Numbered from the stretch's first letter, positions 1 through 10,844 are shown. The stretch is DNA of 64,000 nucleotides from Candidatus Poribacteria bacterium (GCA_965215265.1 OZ244048.1:1568001-1632000), one strand, 5' to 3'. A program made the numbers and translations. The notes: a model not told the origin generated them from the letters alone.

Positions 1-507
1 AATCATGTACAAATTTCCGCGCCCTGTTTCTGAACAGTCGGAGAGCCAATACACAACCTTTATCGAAAGCCGCGGGCGTGGCGAACTTTCAATCTCTATA
101 TTGACACGACCGCTATCCTGATGCCATCCTAACGGCGCTGACTTACCCCGGGATATCTCAGGGCGCGGCGGCGTGATAATCAGATGGCTATGGTAGCAGT
201 AAATGTTCCAGCCCAAAGCACCCCACACCTTCGGAAACGTTTTATACCAATCCAAAATGTTGACGAATAGCTGATCTTTCCCGAGAACATTGGGATAGAA
301 AAAGTTTTGGGTTTCTGTCAGAGGCTTTTTGGTATACGCATCGTAACCTGCATCAAGATGCGCTTGGTAAATGCTATCAACACGGTTCTCAAGCCGTTCA
401 ACGAGCGCCAGTGGCAGCGCGTTTTCCACAATAAAATATCCTTCTTCGTTCAATCCACGGAGTTGTTCAGCCGTGATTTGATGCTGTAGATGCCGTTCAT
501 CAAGCAT
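1..507 (-). CDS. Phytanoyl-CoA dioxygenase (PhyH) family protein, runs off the window start
   Basis: Manual translation from ATG at 507 after GGAGGAG: MLDERHLQHQ...NEEGYFIVENAL...LGWHQDSG...IKVVYWLSD...GNLYMI; HxD motif. Confidence 0.85.
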   Translation of the reverse strand, partial: MLDERHLQHQITAEQLRGLNEEGYFIVENALPLALVERLENRVDSIYQAHLDAGYDAYTKKPLTETQNFFYPNVLGKDQLFVNILDWYKTFPKVWGALGWNIYCYHSHLIITPPRPEISRGKSAPLGWHQDSGRVNIEIESSPRPRLSIKVVYWLSDCSETGRGNLYMI

Positions 508-559
508 GCTCCACTCCTCCTATTGCATTCAAGACAGTCCAAACTAGTGTGCGTGTCTC

Positions 560-830
560 CTAAGCGGGTAAAGGTCCCTCTATCTCATCTACGAGGTGAA
601 TAGAATGAATGACATCGCGGAGGTCTGTCAGGGGGACTTTCGTATTGTGTATACAATCAATGAAATGGCGGTGCATTGTTAAAACCCCTTCATAACTGGC
701 TGAGTCGCGCCGGTCGACACCGTCTACCGCCCATCCGCCCATAACTTTTCTATTGTTGTCCTCATAAATTTCAATCTCTTCAGGAATTTTCAGATAACAT
801 CCGATGCCGACTCCATGTAATTCAGAAACT
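560..830 (-). pseudogene. C-terminal fragment of a Gfo/Idh/MocA-type oxidoreductase
   Basis: HRHFIDCIHNTKVPLTDLRDVIHSIHLVDEI resembles a Gfo/Idh/MocA C-terminus; no N-terminal Rossmann fold upstream; 5' boundary approximate. Confidence 0.55.
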
Positions 831-989
831 ACGACATCAAGTATCGGATGGGGTTAGCAAAGGACTAAGACGGTTGAACAAACCGCTTCCCTAAAGGAAA
901 TGCCGCTGCAGATACCCAATAGTATGGATAAATAAACAGATGTCAACAAGCGCATCTGGGATGATATAAATCCTGATTCCGTTAATTAA

Positions 990-1862
990 TTATCCATGCC
1001 AATTCAGATCGATGCTGGTGTATCCGTGCGTGTATTGGTGGAGATGGGGCGGTAATTCTGTTAAAAACTGCCTACCCGCGTCCGGTATCTCCCAGGGAAT
1101 ATCGATGTGATGGGCCCGGCTCCGGAAACCGACACCGCACGACAACCGAATTTCATCGATTTGATTGGGGAATGCGGCGTGATACGTCCGGTGTGCAAAC
1201 ACAATCATATCCCCCGGATTCGTGAAGAGCGGCACTAACCCCGGAATATCAAAACCGTTGTATGCTTTTTCTTCTTCACCTGCTTTATAGAAGGAACGTC
1301 TGTCCGCTGTCATGTTGAAACCTTCGGGCCCTTTCCAGTTTTCAACATGAGAATCTTCAATTATGCACAGCCCTCCATGTTCCGGACGAGAACCGGTCAG
1401 GTAGAACCATTTGCCGGAGGGCCACATGCCCCGGTTGAGCACATCCCCTGAATTTTTGGGTGATTCGTTCGAAAACCCACACCAATCTGTGTGCCATGCG
1501 ACAGGCTGAGACTCCGGCATCCGAATAATAGCGGCGGAACGGTGAAGTGTCAGTTCGTCCGTCCCGAGCAGGTGTCGGTGGATTTTCATAAAGGGTTCGT
1601 ATCCTAAGATTTGCCATGCCCCTGCTCCGGATTCGATCCAAGCGTGTCGTGTACGGCTTTGCCCTGGCTGCAATTCTCTGTTCGGGTCCGTTCCAACGAA
1701 AACCGCCTGTTTTAAACTGTCAACCCACTCATGTGGTAAGACATCTTTAATAATTGCGAAGCCGTGTGCGTCTAGACATTCGGACATCAGAGGAAGCTCA
1801 TCGACGGTAAATTCGTAGGTATATTCCAGTTCAGGTTTTTGAATCTGTAGGTAATGTTCCAT
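990..1862 (-). CDS. PhyH family Fe(II)/2-oxoglutarate dioxygenase
   Basis: GFAIIKDVL, WHTD, GGLCII, PGDMIVF...YHAAFPN...R motifs. Confidence 0.85.
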   Translation of the reverse strand: MEHYLQIQKPELEYTYEFTVDELPLMSECLDAHGFAIIKDVLPHEWVDSLKQAVFVGTDPNRELQPGQSRTRHAWIESGAGAWQILGYEPFMKIHRHLLGTDELTLHRSAAIIRMPESQPVAWHTDWCGFSNESPKNSGDVLNRGMWPSGKWFYLTGSRPEHGGLCIIEDSHVENWKGPEGFNMTADRRSFYKAGEEEKAYNGFDIPGLVPLFTNPGDMIVFAHRTYHAAFPNQIDEIRLSCGVGFRSRAHHIDIPWEIPDAGRQFLTELPPHLHQYTHGYTSIDLNWHG

Positions 1863-2220
1863 AATTTCGTCAGACCTAATTGCCGTAGATATTAAGTGCT
1901 GTCATTTTAGCAGACGTTCAGCGTTGCGTCAACCGTATTTTTTTTTGAGCAGGAGGCGTGCCTGGGAAATCGATTCTGCAGGGGAAAAAACTCAAAAGGT
2001 ATCATGCACTTGCATGAATTGCTAGCTTTTGTTAAAATATGACTGCTTCATAAACATCTCCACTCATAGCAAAGCATTCATTTTCCAAGGATTCGGTATA
2101 AGAGCGCCCGAATAGGCAAACGAGATAAGAACTATAATTTGGTTCGTTCATTACATCTGTCGCGACATTCGCCTGGGTAATGGCTAAATAACCAGGGCAA
2201 ATAGGAACATAAAGCAGGCA

Positions 2221-2868
2221 GTGACACAATCAATTCAACTTATCACACAAAAAGAGACGAATTATCCGGCAGGGTTGAAGGACTATCTAAAAACAGCAAC
2301 CCCAGAAATTATCTGGGTGAGGGGGAATATCGGCTTATTTCCGGGAGCGAATACCAGTTTAAACGGAGATCTCTGGACGTTCTTTTGCTCCAGCAAATGT
2401 CCGGGGGAAATTATTTTGAAAGCACATGAGTTGGCACAAGCATTCAAGGAAACAGGGGTTCCAACAATTGGTGGCTATCATTCCCCGGTTGAACGTGAAT
2501 GCTTACGCGTCTTACTGCGTGGTTCACAACCGATTCTCTTATGCCCGGCACGGAGCATCGAAAATATGCGGTTGAAACCGGCGTGGAAAGGTGCGTTAGC
2601 CGGGGGGCGTTTATTAATTGTATCTATTTTTGGGGGTTTCCATCGGCGATCGACTGCTGCATTGGCGAAGCAGCGCAACGTTTTCGTTGCAGCACTTTCG
2701 GACAAAATTTGTATCGCGCACGCTGCCAAAAACAGCAAAACCTTGGAATTCGCAGAGATGATAGTGGCGTGGGGTAAACCTATTTTCACTTTTGAGGTAC
2801 CAGCAAACGATGCACTTTTTCAACTGGGGGCGCAGCCGATAGAGGCGTACTTCGGCTGCCTGCAATAA
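2221..2868 (+). CDS. DprA/Smf-like (SLOG) protein
   Basis: YPAGLK, IGGYHSP, QRNVFVAALSD, SKT motifs. Confidence 0.75.
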   Translation: MTQSIQLITQKETNYPAGLKDYLKTATPEIIWVRGNIGLFPGANTSLNGDLWTFFCSSKCPGEIILKAHELAQAFKETGVPTIGGYHSPVERECLRVLLRGSQPILLCPARSIENMRLKPAWKGALAGGRLLIVSIFGGFHRRSTAALAKQRNVFVAALSDKICIAHAAKNSKTLEFAEMIVAWGKPIFTFEVPANDALFQLGAQPIEAYFGCLQ

Positions 2869-3006
2869 CATTTTTCGCAGGTAAGCATAGGGTCTATTTT
2901 CGTTCTGGGAGTGGCCCTTGGTATGTTTCAGGATTGCAATCTTGATTCTATAACAGGCTTCAAGGCATCCAAGGCACACCTAAACGGACAAAAACAAGAA
3001 AAAAAT

Positions 3007-3035
3007 TTGACATCGTTAAAAAAAAGTGTTATACT
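3007..3035 (+). promoter_or_regulatory. sigma70-type promoter
   Basis: TTGACA-17 bp-TATACT upstream of the 3082 gene. Confidence 0.7.
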
Positions 3036-3081
3036 TATTTTATAATGTAGATTTTGTTTTTTGAAAGGATTCGGTTGAAAT

Positions 3082-3873
3082 ATGGAGCTCGGACTCACGG
3101 ACAAAGTTGCTGTAGTGGGTGCATCCAGTAAAGGGCTTGGTCGTGCCATTGCTGTTGGATTGGCACGAGAAGGCGTGAAAGTCACTATCTGTGCAAGAAA
3201 CAGTGATGCACTTGAGGCGACAGCTAACGAGATTCGCCAAGAAACAGGGGCTGAGGTTCTGGCTGTTCCTACCGATGTGAGTGTCCCTGCACAGGTTAAT
3301 ACACTCATTGACAACGCAATAAATCAGTTTGGCGGCATTGATATTTTGGTGAATAATGCGGGGGGTCCGCGTGCAGGACGGTTTGCAGAGTTGTCTGCCG
3401 AAGATTATCAGACTGCGGTTCAATTAAACCTGATGAGTACCATAAACCTCTGTCGTGCCGTTGTGCCCACAATGCAGGCACGCGGTGGAGGGCGAATCAT
3501 CAACCTCACTTCAGTCTCTGTGAAACAGCCGGTGGACGGATTGATGCTGTCAAATATGGCACGGACGGGTGTCATCGGGTTTGCCAAAACATTAGCGACG
3601 GAACTGGCTCCCGACAAAATCCTGGTTAACAACGTGTGCCCCGGGATTATTTTCACGGATCGTATCCGCCAGTTAGCAACGGTGCGTGCAGAAGAGAGCG
3701 GACTCCCTTTTGATGAGGTGCTTGAGAAGATGATAGCGGATATTCCGCTCGGTAGAATTGGAGAACCGGAAGAGTTTGCGAACCTTGTTGTATTTCTTGC
3801 CTCCGCACGTGCGAGTTATATTACAGGGACGACGATTCAAGTTGATGGGGGTATGGTGAAGGCTCTGCTTTAA
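3082..3873 (+). CDS. SDR family oxidoreductase
   Basis: GASSKGLG, NNAGG, GRIGEPEE, VDGG. Confidence 0.92.
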   Translation: MELGLTDKVAVVGASSKGLGRAIAVGLAREGVKVTICARNSDALEATANEIRQETGAEVLAVPTDVSVPAQVNTLIDNAINQFGGIDILVNNAGGPRAGRFAELSAEDYQTAVQLNLMSTINLCRAVVPTMQARGGGRIINLTSVSVKQPVDGLMLSNMARTGVIGFAKTLATELAPDKILVNNVCPGIIFTDRIRQLATVRAEESGLPFDEVLEKMIADIPLGRIGEPEEFANLVVFLASARASYITGTTIQVDGGMVKALL

Positions 3874-3933
3874 TGACGTTACGCGTCTGGAGAGACAAAT
3901 TATTACCGTAATATAGCATTAGAGGAGTGATGA

Positions 3934-4653
3934 ATGATGATAATATCTGTAATCATTCCTGCGTTTAACGAAGAGAGGACAATTCAAGAAGTCGTCGATG
4001 CTGTACAGGCGCTTCCAATTCAGACACAGATTATAGTTGTTAATGACGGTTCTACGGATAGGACCTACGTGATTCTGGAAGAGCTACTTAAGAATCATAA
4101 TGCACGCCTACACGGTTCATCGCTTACCGTTGTCCAGTATAAAGAGAATAGAGGCAAAGGGTTTGCAATTCGGAAGGGTTTGTTCCATGTTGAAGGTGAT
4201 GCTGTGGTGATTCAAGATGCAGACTCGGAGCTCTGTCCGAAAGACCTCTTGAAGTTAGTAGAACCATTGAAAAAGGAAGAGATTGACGTTGTTTATGGTT
4301 CGCGTTTTCTCAACGGTCGGGGAAACGCGAGTTACCTCAATTTTGTAGCGAATCGGTTGCTTGCCATGTATACCAATCTGCTTTACGGATGCCGCATCAC
4401 TGATGAATCTACAGGGTATAAAGCTTTTTCGGCAGCATTGATAACCCGGTTAAATTTGAAATGCGAAGGGTTTGAATTTTGTCCAGAAGTTACGGCGAAG
4501 ATATTGCGTGCAGGCTATCATATCCGTGAGGTACCGGTTTCGTATTTTCCGCGCACGAAAAAGGAGGGTAAGAAACTACGATTCTGGTCAGATGGATTTT
4601 TTGCCGCGTGGACGCTTTTAAAATATCGGTTTCTATCAAAGATCGATCTATAG
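3934..4653 (+). CDS. Glycosyltransferase family 2 (DPM1-like)
   Basis: IIPAFNEE, VNDGSTD, QDAD, GSRF. Confidence 0.9.
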   Translation: MMIISVIIPAFNEERTIQEVVDAVQALPIQTQIIVVNDGSTDRTYVILEELLKNHNARLHGSSLTVVQYKENRGKGFAIRKGLFHVEGDAVVIQDADSELCPKDLLKLVEPLKKEEIDVVYGSRFLNGRGNASYLNFVANRLLAMYTNLLYGCRITDESTGYKAFSAALITRLNLKCEGFEFCPEVTAKILRAGYHIREVPVSYFPRTKKEGKKLRFWSDGFFAAWTLLKYRFLSKIDL

Positions 4654-4654
4654 A

Positions 4655-4779
4655 TCGCCACTCCTCTCTCCTGCGAAGAGAGACAAAGAAAGGAATTGGG
4701 TGGGCACCACCCTCAACTTCGTAATCTTATCTCTCCTTTAGGAGAGATAAAGAATACCGAACTTGCCAATCTATAGATC
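4655..4779. repeat. Family-2 palindromic repeat cluster
   Basis: TCTCTCC..GGAGAGA(C/T)AAAGAA units flanked by a repeated ATCTATAGATCG. Confidence 0.7.
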
Positions 4780-4892
4780 GTCGGAGATGACTTAGGTTTA
4801 GTCTTTAAAAATCTAAACATCAGAACCCTCTGGCGAGATTTGTAAAGGATTTAACATAGCAGCCGCCTTTATTAGGCTCCTGTATACAAAAA
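4779..4892 (+). mobile_element. Family-1 element, partial (arm A end)
   Basis: Ends GCAGCCGCCTTTATTAGGCTCCTGTATACAAAAA, matching the copies at 13189, 23145 and 62914. Confidence 0.75.
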
Positions 4893-4968
4893 GTTGTATG
4901 CCTGCTATAAGTCCTGTTTACCTGAGTCTATTAAGTCATTATAATAAAAAAATGGAGGTTAATCAATT

Positions 4969-6657
4969 ATGTTTAAAAAAAACATCAGTGTCCTTCCACC
5001 TTGGAAGGCCGCTGATTCGCTCGCAGGAGATAGAAAATCTTACACACAGGTTTCGTTATATTCTGTCTTAATTCTAACGCTAATGTTATCAGGGTGGTTA
5101 GTTTTCTCAGCATTTGGGCATAGTGACACATCAGCATTTCTGGAGGACGTTAACAAAGATGGTGTAGTCAACATCCAAGACCTGGTGCTTGTTGCGGCTG
5201 CTTTTGGTAATGCGGCAGACCGGAACGCGCTGCAAAGTCCTGATGTGAATCGCGATGGTATCATCAATGTGCTGGATCTTGTGCGTGTGGGCAATAGTTT
5301 CGGCCAGAGAGGCGAGGTTGACAATTCGACGTATCATGATATTCAGGATTATGTGTTCGATAAAAGTTGTGCAAATAGCGTGTGCCATGCCGCGCCGGCT
5401 AACGCTGCAAACCTGAATCTCACCTATGGGCTCTCTTATGAGGATTTAGTCGGCCGGACACCGCAGAATCCTGCGGCTGCAGCGGCAGGGATGAAATTGG
5501 TGGATCCGGGGAATCCAGATAACAGTTTCCTTTTAACAAAATTGGTGGGCCCCCCGCCGGAACAGGGGACTCGGATGCCGTTTAATGCCGGGCCTATTCA
5601 TGAGGGGAAGATAGAAGCGATTCGGACTTGGATTGCGGCGGGCGCGCCTCAAGACGATCAGCTTGCCGGTATCGGAGACCTCTCTGTACTACGCGATCCG
5701 GAGGAAACGTTTGTGGCACCTGCACCGCCCGCACCTGGGCAAGGCTACCAACTCCGGCTCCCTCCCTTCAAAATTGAACCGGGAACAGAACGAGAAGTCT
5801 TCTATGCAACGCAAATTAAGGATGAAAATGGGCAGCCGCCGGCGGGCGACATCTTTATTAACAAAGTTGAGATTTATTACCCCTCTGGTAGCCATCACTT
5901 CATCGTCTATCGCATTACAGAGGAAGGATTGGCGAAGGATGTCCTGAGTAGAGGTGTGATGCCCGGTATTGCTGTCGACCCGGCAGAGAGTTTCCGAGAG
6001 CTTGATACCGAAGATCCGCAGGTCCTCGGGAATTTTGGAATTGATCGGCTTTTCGTAATAGGGACACAGACAGACGACACCTCGTTTGAATTTCCAGAGG
6101 GTGTGGCCCTAAGGCTCCCTGGCAACACAGTCTACGATCTGAATTCGCATTACATCAATCTATTGGGAACGGAGCCTCTCATCGGGGAAACGTATGTAAA
6201 TTTCTACACGATTCCGGAAGAAGAGGTGCAATACGAGGCGGTGGAAATCTTCATTTCTAATCGGAGCATTTACGTGCCGCCTGGGACGACACGGCTTGCC
6301 ACAATGGATATGTTTGTTGAGGATGAGCTCGAACGCCGGGGCCACACGCCTGATACAAAGTTGAATGTGTTCTTGCTGACATCTCATATGCACCGTCACG
6401 GCGAGTTGTTTGAAATCAATCAGATGTCGACGGATGAATTGTTGCATCGGAGCGTGGCTTATGACGATGCCCCAATAACCTTATTCGATCCGGCTCTCGT
6501 CTTAGACGTAACAGATGGACTCAGTTTCCAATGCACGCACAGCAACTATGATACGCCTACGCCTCTCGAATTCGGACTGACCTCTGAGGACGAGATGTGT
6601 ATCATGTTCGGTTATTACTATATCCCAACTGCAAATGCAGGGGAACAAATTAAGTAG
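4969..6657 (+). CDS. Secreted multidomain protein: dockerin-like repeats, c-type cytochrome-like domain, copper type II monooxygenase-like domain
   Basis: DVNKDGVVNIQDL and DVNRDGIINVLDL; CANSVCH...MP...IRTWIAAGA; SHHF, SHY, HMH, EMC. Confidence 0.75.
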   Translation: MFKKNISVLPPWKAADSLAGDRKSYTQVSLYSVLILTLMLSGWLVFSAFGHSDTSAFLEDVNKDGVVNIQDLVLVAAAFGNAADRNALQSPDVNRDGIINVLDLVRVGNSFGQRGEVDNSTYHDIQDYVFDKSCANSVCHAAPANAANLNLTYGLSYEDLVGRTPQNPAAAAAGMKLVDPGNPDNSFLLTKLVGPPPEQGTRMPFNAGPIHEGKIEAIRTWIAAGAPQDDQLAGIGDLSVLRDPEETFVAPAPPAPGQGYQLRLPPFKIEPGTEREVFYATQIKDENGQPPAGDIFINKVEIYYPSGSHHFIVYRITEEGLAKDVLSRGVMPGIAVDPAESFRELDTEDPQVLGNFGIDRLFVIGTQTDDTSFEFPEGVALRLPGNTVYDLNSHYINLLGTEPLIGETYVNFYTIPEEEVQYEAVEIFISNRSIYVPPGTTRLATMDMFVEDELERRGHTPDTKLNVFLLTSHMHRHGELFEINQMSTDELLHRSVAYDDAPITLFDPALVLDVTDGLSFQCTHSNYDTPTPLEFGLTSEDEMCIMFGYYYIPTANAGEQIK

Positions 6658-6668
6658 GAAGCCTGACA

Positions 6669-6714
6669 TTATATGAGTGGGTACTTTTTGAGTACCTGCT
6701 CATATAACGTTTTT
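6669..6714 (+). terminator. Intrinsic terminator-like hairpin
   Basis: TTATATGAGTGGGTAC..GTACCTGCTCATATAA followed by a T run, after the 6657 stop. Confidence 0.6.
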
Positions 6715-6909
6715 CGTATATTTCAGCCCAATAAAGGTCTTTTGTATACAGGAGCCCAATAAAGGCGGCTGCTATGTTAAATCCTTTACAAATCTCGTCT
6801 GAGCCTTCTGAAGCTTTGACTTCAAAAGACTATACCGAAGGTGTCTCCGACGAGATGTACATCGGATTTAACAAGACATAACCCTTGATGGGGCTGAAAT
6901 ATACAAAAA
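6710..6909. mobile_element. Family-1 element, full palindromic copy plus an extra terminal fragment
   Basis: TTTTGTATACAGGAGCCC...AATCTCGTC / GACGAGATGT...GGGCTGAAATATACAAAAA arms. Confidence 0.8.
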
Positions 6910-6920
6910 GATGTTTTCCT

Positions 6921-8813
6921 ATGGGTACCACTTATCTAAAGCAAAGCGGCTTCCTGGAGGCCCTCACGGAGCGCATTCTTGTGTGCGATGGTGCCATCGG
7001 CACGGAACTCCGAAAACGCGTCCCGTCCTATTTACAGTGCATTGATGCGTGCAATATTCATAGCACGTACGCGCCTATCGTCAAGGAAATTCACTGCACT
7101 TATCGGGACGCGGGGGCTGATGTCATCCAGACTAATACCTATCAAGCGAATAGAGAAGCTTTAGCGGTTCATGGCTTAGCAGAACAGGTAGAACTGATAA
7201 ACCGGGCAGGTGTGCAGCTTGCGCAAGCTGTGGCTGGAGATAGATGCTATGTGGCAGGTTCTGTCGGGCAAATTCCGTTTCAAACCTTAGACGCTGCGGG
7301 TACCGACCGGAGCGTCTCCACGAAAACGGTTCGCCGGCTCTTCAAAGAGCAGATGGATGCTTTGGTTCATGAAGGGGTGCAGCTGCTAGTTTTGGAAACG
7401 TTCGTTTCTGTGAGGCAAGCCGAGATTGCGACAAAGCAGGCACTCACGTACGGTGTTCCTGTAATCGTTCTCATGAGTGGGATTTCAGGTGGCACGATGG
7501 GCAGCGGGCTGGATGTCCGTGTTTTCGCCCGGGAGTTGGAGCAGTTAGGGGCGCACGCGGTTGGGATTAACTGTAGGGGGCCGCATGACTTAGTTGAAGC
7601 GATGGAACTGCTGGCACCAGTCATTAAAGTCCCGCTCGTTGTGCAACCTAACGCTGGAAATCCGAGGATTGAACAAGGAGAAATTGCGGTTTCATACACG
7701 GTGACTGCAGAGGTTTTCAGCGATTATGTAGAAAAATTAGTTGAACTTGGTGCGAACATGATAGGCGGCTGTTGTGGTACAACACCGGATTACACAGCAA
7801 AAATCCGCTCTATTGTTGGAGAACAGAAGCCGGCGGAACGGCAGACGCGAATCTTCGTTCTACCGCGCCGTATCGCAGCCAAACCATCAAAGCGTGTTCC
7901 AAACGAAAACCCCGTCCAACAAGTATTTGAAACACGCGAACGTATTGTGAGTGTAGAGACGCGCGCAAATACGTTCCCGCAATTGCGTGCGTTATTGAAA
8001 GAAGCGAAAACCCTCGCCCAACTCGGTGTAGATTTATTTGATGTGACTGACAATTCTGGGGCTGTGGTTAACATCGGAGCAGTTGGCACAGCGTATCGCC
8101 TTCAGCAATCCACTCAGATTCCGACACTTATCCATTGGACAACGCGTTCGCGAAACCTGATTAGTATGCAATCGCATCTTTTGGAAGCAGAGACGCTCGG
8201 TATCCGCGGTATTGTCGCGCTATCCGGAGACCATCCGAAGGCAGGTCCCTATGAAGCAGCGAGCCTTGTCCCTGATGTGCGGGGAGCGGTGCAACTGATG
8301 AAACTCATCGCGCGGTTAAACCGGGGGGAGCTCGCAGACGGTTCGTCGATTGGCGAACCATGTTCGTTTTACTATGGCGGTGGGTTTACAATCGCCGAGA
8401 ATCTTAAGCCCCATGTCAAACACCTCACAAGTAAAGTAGAACAAGGTGCTAAGTTCGCTTATACGCAACCGGTCTGGACGTTTGAAGATGTTGTGCATAC
8501 ACAGAAAGCGACCGAACACCTCGGCATCAAAATCCTTTACGGTATCCTTCCCTTAACGAGTTTCCGTAGTGCGTCCTACCTACGGGACAACTTGGGCCTC
8601 TATATTCCACAGTTCATCGTTGAAAAATTCCACGACCTTGGCGATACCGCGGGGCATGAACTTGGAATGAAGTTAACCTTGGAATTGGTCAAAGAACTCC
8701 GGAATCAGGAGCAGATACCTATAGATGGTATCTACCTGATTCCGCCAGCTCGCATGAATTGGAAAAACAGGTGCCGCGCGATCTCGGAAATCGTCAAAAC
8801 GTACCGTTTTTGA
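6921..8813 (+). CDS. Bifunctional homocysteine S-methyltransferase / methylenetetrahydrofolate reductase (YitJ-like)
   Basis: DGAIGT, GINC, GGCCGTTP, followed by an MTHFR domain (GDHP, TQP); the track start at 6885 lies inside a repeat. Confidence 0.88.
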   Translation: MGTTYLKQSGFLEALTERILVCDGAIGTELRKRVPSYLQCIDACNIHSTYAPIVKEIHCTYRDAGADVIQTNTYQANREALAVHGLAEQVELINRAGVQLAQAVAGDRCYVAGSVGQIPFQTLDAAGTDRSVSTKTVRRLFKEQMDALVHEGVQLLVLETFVSVRQAEIATKQALTYGVPVIVLMSGISGGTMGSGLDVRVFARELEQLGAHAVGINCRGPHDLVEAMELLAPVIKVPLVVQPNAGNPRIEQGEIAVSYTVTAEVFSDYVEKLVELGANMIGGCCGTTPDYTAKIRSIVGEQKPAERQTRIFVLPRRIAAKPSKRVPNENPVQQVFETRERIVSVETRANTFPQLRALLKEAKTLAQLGVDLFDVTDNSGAVVNIGAVGTAYRLQQSTQIPTLIHWTTRSRNLISMQSHLLEAETLGIRGIVALSGDHPKAGPYEAASLVPDVRGAVQLMKLIARLNRGELADGSSIGEPCSFYYGGGFTIAENLKPHVKHLTSKVEQGAKFAYTQPVWTFEDVVHTQKATEHLGIKILYGILPLTSFRSASYLRDNLGLYIPQFIVEKFHDLGDTAGHELGMKLTLELVKELRNQEQIPIDGIYLIPPARMNWKNRCRAISEIVKTYRF

Positions 8814-8824
8814 ATCACACATCA

Positions 8825-8915
8825 CATCAAAGGATTTGGGCCCTAATCCAAAGACGAGATTTGTAAAAGAATTTATCAAAACACCAGGCTTTTATGTGCT
8901 CCTGTAGACGAAAAA
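8825..8915 (+). mobile_element. Family-1 element, degenerate arm A copy
   Basis: GACGAGATTTGTAA...GCTCCTGTAGACGAAAAA. Confidence 0.6.
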
Positions 8916-8924
8916 GGAACCTTG

Positions 8925-10844
8925 ATGCGAAACCCGCCCGAAAAAAACCGCATAACGGGCCGTTCCCTGCTTTTAGGGGTACTTCTGATACCGCTTAACG
9001 TCTATTGGATGACGCTGGTTGAAGTAAAGTACTATTCACTTGACGGTTCGTGCCTCCCGCTTTTCATCCAACCTGTTTTTATAATGTTTGTGTGCGTTGT
9101 AGCAAACTGTGTGCTGAAATATCTCGCGCCGCGACAGATGCTACAGCAAGGTGAATTGTTATGCATCTATATTATGGTTGCCATCTCTTGTACGTTTGCT
9201 GGGCACGATACGATGCAGAATATGTTCGGCAGCATCGCGCATCCGTTTCGGTTCGCGACAGAAGAAAATGAGTGGCAGGCCCTCTTTTTTCGTTATCTGC
9301 CGGCGTGGTTAACCGTAAGTGATGTACAAAGTTTACAAGGGTTTTATGAGGGAGAATCGAGTTTCTATAATCAACATAATTTTTATACTTGGATAAAGCC
9401 GCTGGCGTTCTGGGGGCTTTTTTTTCTCATCATGATGTTCATGATGCTTTGTATCAATACACTGATTCGTAAGCGGTGGACGGAGCATGAGAAACTGGCG
9501 TACCCAATTATCCAATTGCCCCTGGGACTATCTGAGGCGGGTGGCTTCCGGCTGCTGAAAAATCGGATGATGTGGTTGGGTTTTAGCATCGCCGTAGCGA
9601 TTGGTATCATAAACGGGATTCACTATCTGTTTCCGCAATTTCCGGAGATTCCGTATATTAAGCGTGCGCCGGTGTGGCATAACATTTTCACAGAGCGCCC
9701 TTGGAATGTTATCCGTTGGACCCGGATTTCAGTGTATCCATTTGCGGTCGGTTTAGCATTTTTTCTTCCGCTGGATCTGTCATTTTCGTGTTGGTTTTTC
9801 TTCGTTGTGCGTTTAGCGGAGCGTGTTCTCGGTGCAGCATTAGGGACGCGTTATTTTCCGGCACTCAATGAACAAGCGTATGGCGCGTGGATTGCACTGT
9901 TCGTGCTTGCAGTCTGGGTGACGCGCCGTCATCTGTTTGAAGTGATGAAAAAGGCATTTGGCTTCAATTCACGGCTTGACGATTCAGAGGAACCGATGCC
10001 GTATCGTGCCGCGTTGTTCGGGATAGTCGGTTCGCTAATCGGGCTTGGCGTGTTTGCCTCAATTGCGGGAATGGCACTATGGGTTGCCGGCATCTTCTTC
10101 GGGCTGTATTTCCTTCTCTCTTTCGCCATTACGCGCGTCCGTGCGGAACTTGGCACGCCGCATGAGATTTACTACGTCAATCCACACGACATCATCGCCA
10201 CTGTAGGAGGCACTCGTCAATTCGACCCGTCGAGTTTGACAATTCTATCGCTTTTCTATTGGTTCAATCGCGGTTATAGGAATCACCCGATGCCGAATCA
10301 AATTGAGGCGTTTAAACTTGCAGAATCGACAGGCATGGGCAATCGCCGTTTGTGGATAGCGATGCTGATTGCTATCATCGTCGGGATAGTAGCAACGTTT
10401 TGGGCGAATCTGGACATCACGTTCCGTAACGGTGCCGTTGCAAAGGCTGGCGGATTTAAAGGATGGGTAGGCAGAGAGTCGTTTAACAGACTTCAACGTT
10501 GGCTGCACAATCCGTCTGAACCGAACTGGACTGGCATTGGCTTCATGGGCATCGGTGCTTTGCTAACCTTTCTGATGATGTATATGCGGATGCATTTTTT
10601 GTGGTGGCCATTTCATCCGGCGGGGTATGCCCTCGCGATTAGTTTTGCGATGGATTATTTCTGGTTTGCGTTCTTGGCTGCGTGGTTTCTCAAGCTTATG
10701 ATTTTACGGCATGGTGGGCTACGGCTGCATCGTCGTGTCGCGCCGTTGTTTTTAGGCTTAATCTTGGGGGATTATGTTATCGGGAGTATCTGGGCAATTA
10801 TCGGCCCGGCGTTCGGTATGCGTACCTATAAAATTTTTATCTGA
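8925..10844 (+). CDS. Polytopic membrane protein (DUF6785/DUF6784-like, putative peptide transporter)
   Basis: Many TM segments; WTEHEKLAYPI, WWPFHPAGY, GLILGD. Confidence 0.65.
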   Translation: MRNPPEKNRITGRSLLLGVLLIPLNVYWMTLVEVKYYSLDGSCLPLFIQPVFIMFVCVVANCVLKYLAPRQMLQQGELLCIYIMVAISCTFAGHDTMQNMFGSIAHPFRFATEENEWQALFFRYLPAWLTVSDVQSLQGFYEGESSFYNQHNFYTWIKPLAFWGLFFLIMMFMMLCINTLIRKRWTEHEKLAYPIIQLPLGLSEAGGFRLLKNRMMWLGFSIAVAIGIINGIHYLFPQFPEIPYIKRAPVWHNIFTERPWNVIRWTRISVYPFAVGLAFFLPLDLSFSCWFFFVVRLAERVLGAALGTRYFPALNEQAYGAWIALFVLAVWVTRRHLFEVMKKAFGFNSRLDDSEEPMPYRAALFGIVGSLIGLGVFASIAGMALWVAGIFFGLYFLLSFAITRVRAELGTPHEIYYVNPHDIIATVGGTRQFDPSSLTILSLFYWFNRGYRNHPMPNQIEAFKLAESTGMGNRRLWIAMLIAIIVGIVATFWANLDITFRNGAVAKAGGFKGWVGRESFNRLQRWLHNPSEPNWTGIGFMGIGALLTFLMMYMRMHFLWWPFHPAGYALAISFAMDYFWFAFLAAWFLKLMILRHGGLRLHRRVAPLFLGLILGDYVIGSIWAIIGPAFGMRTYKIFI

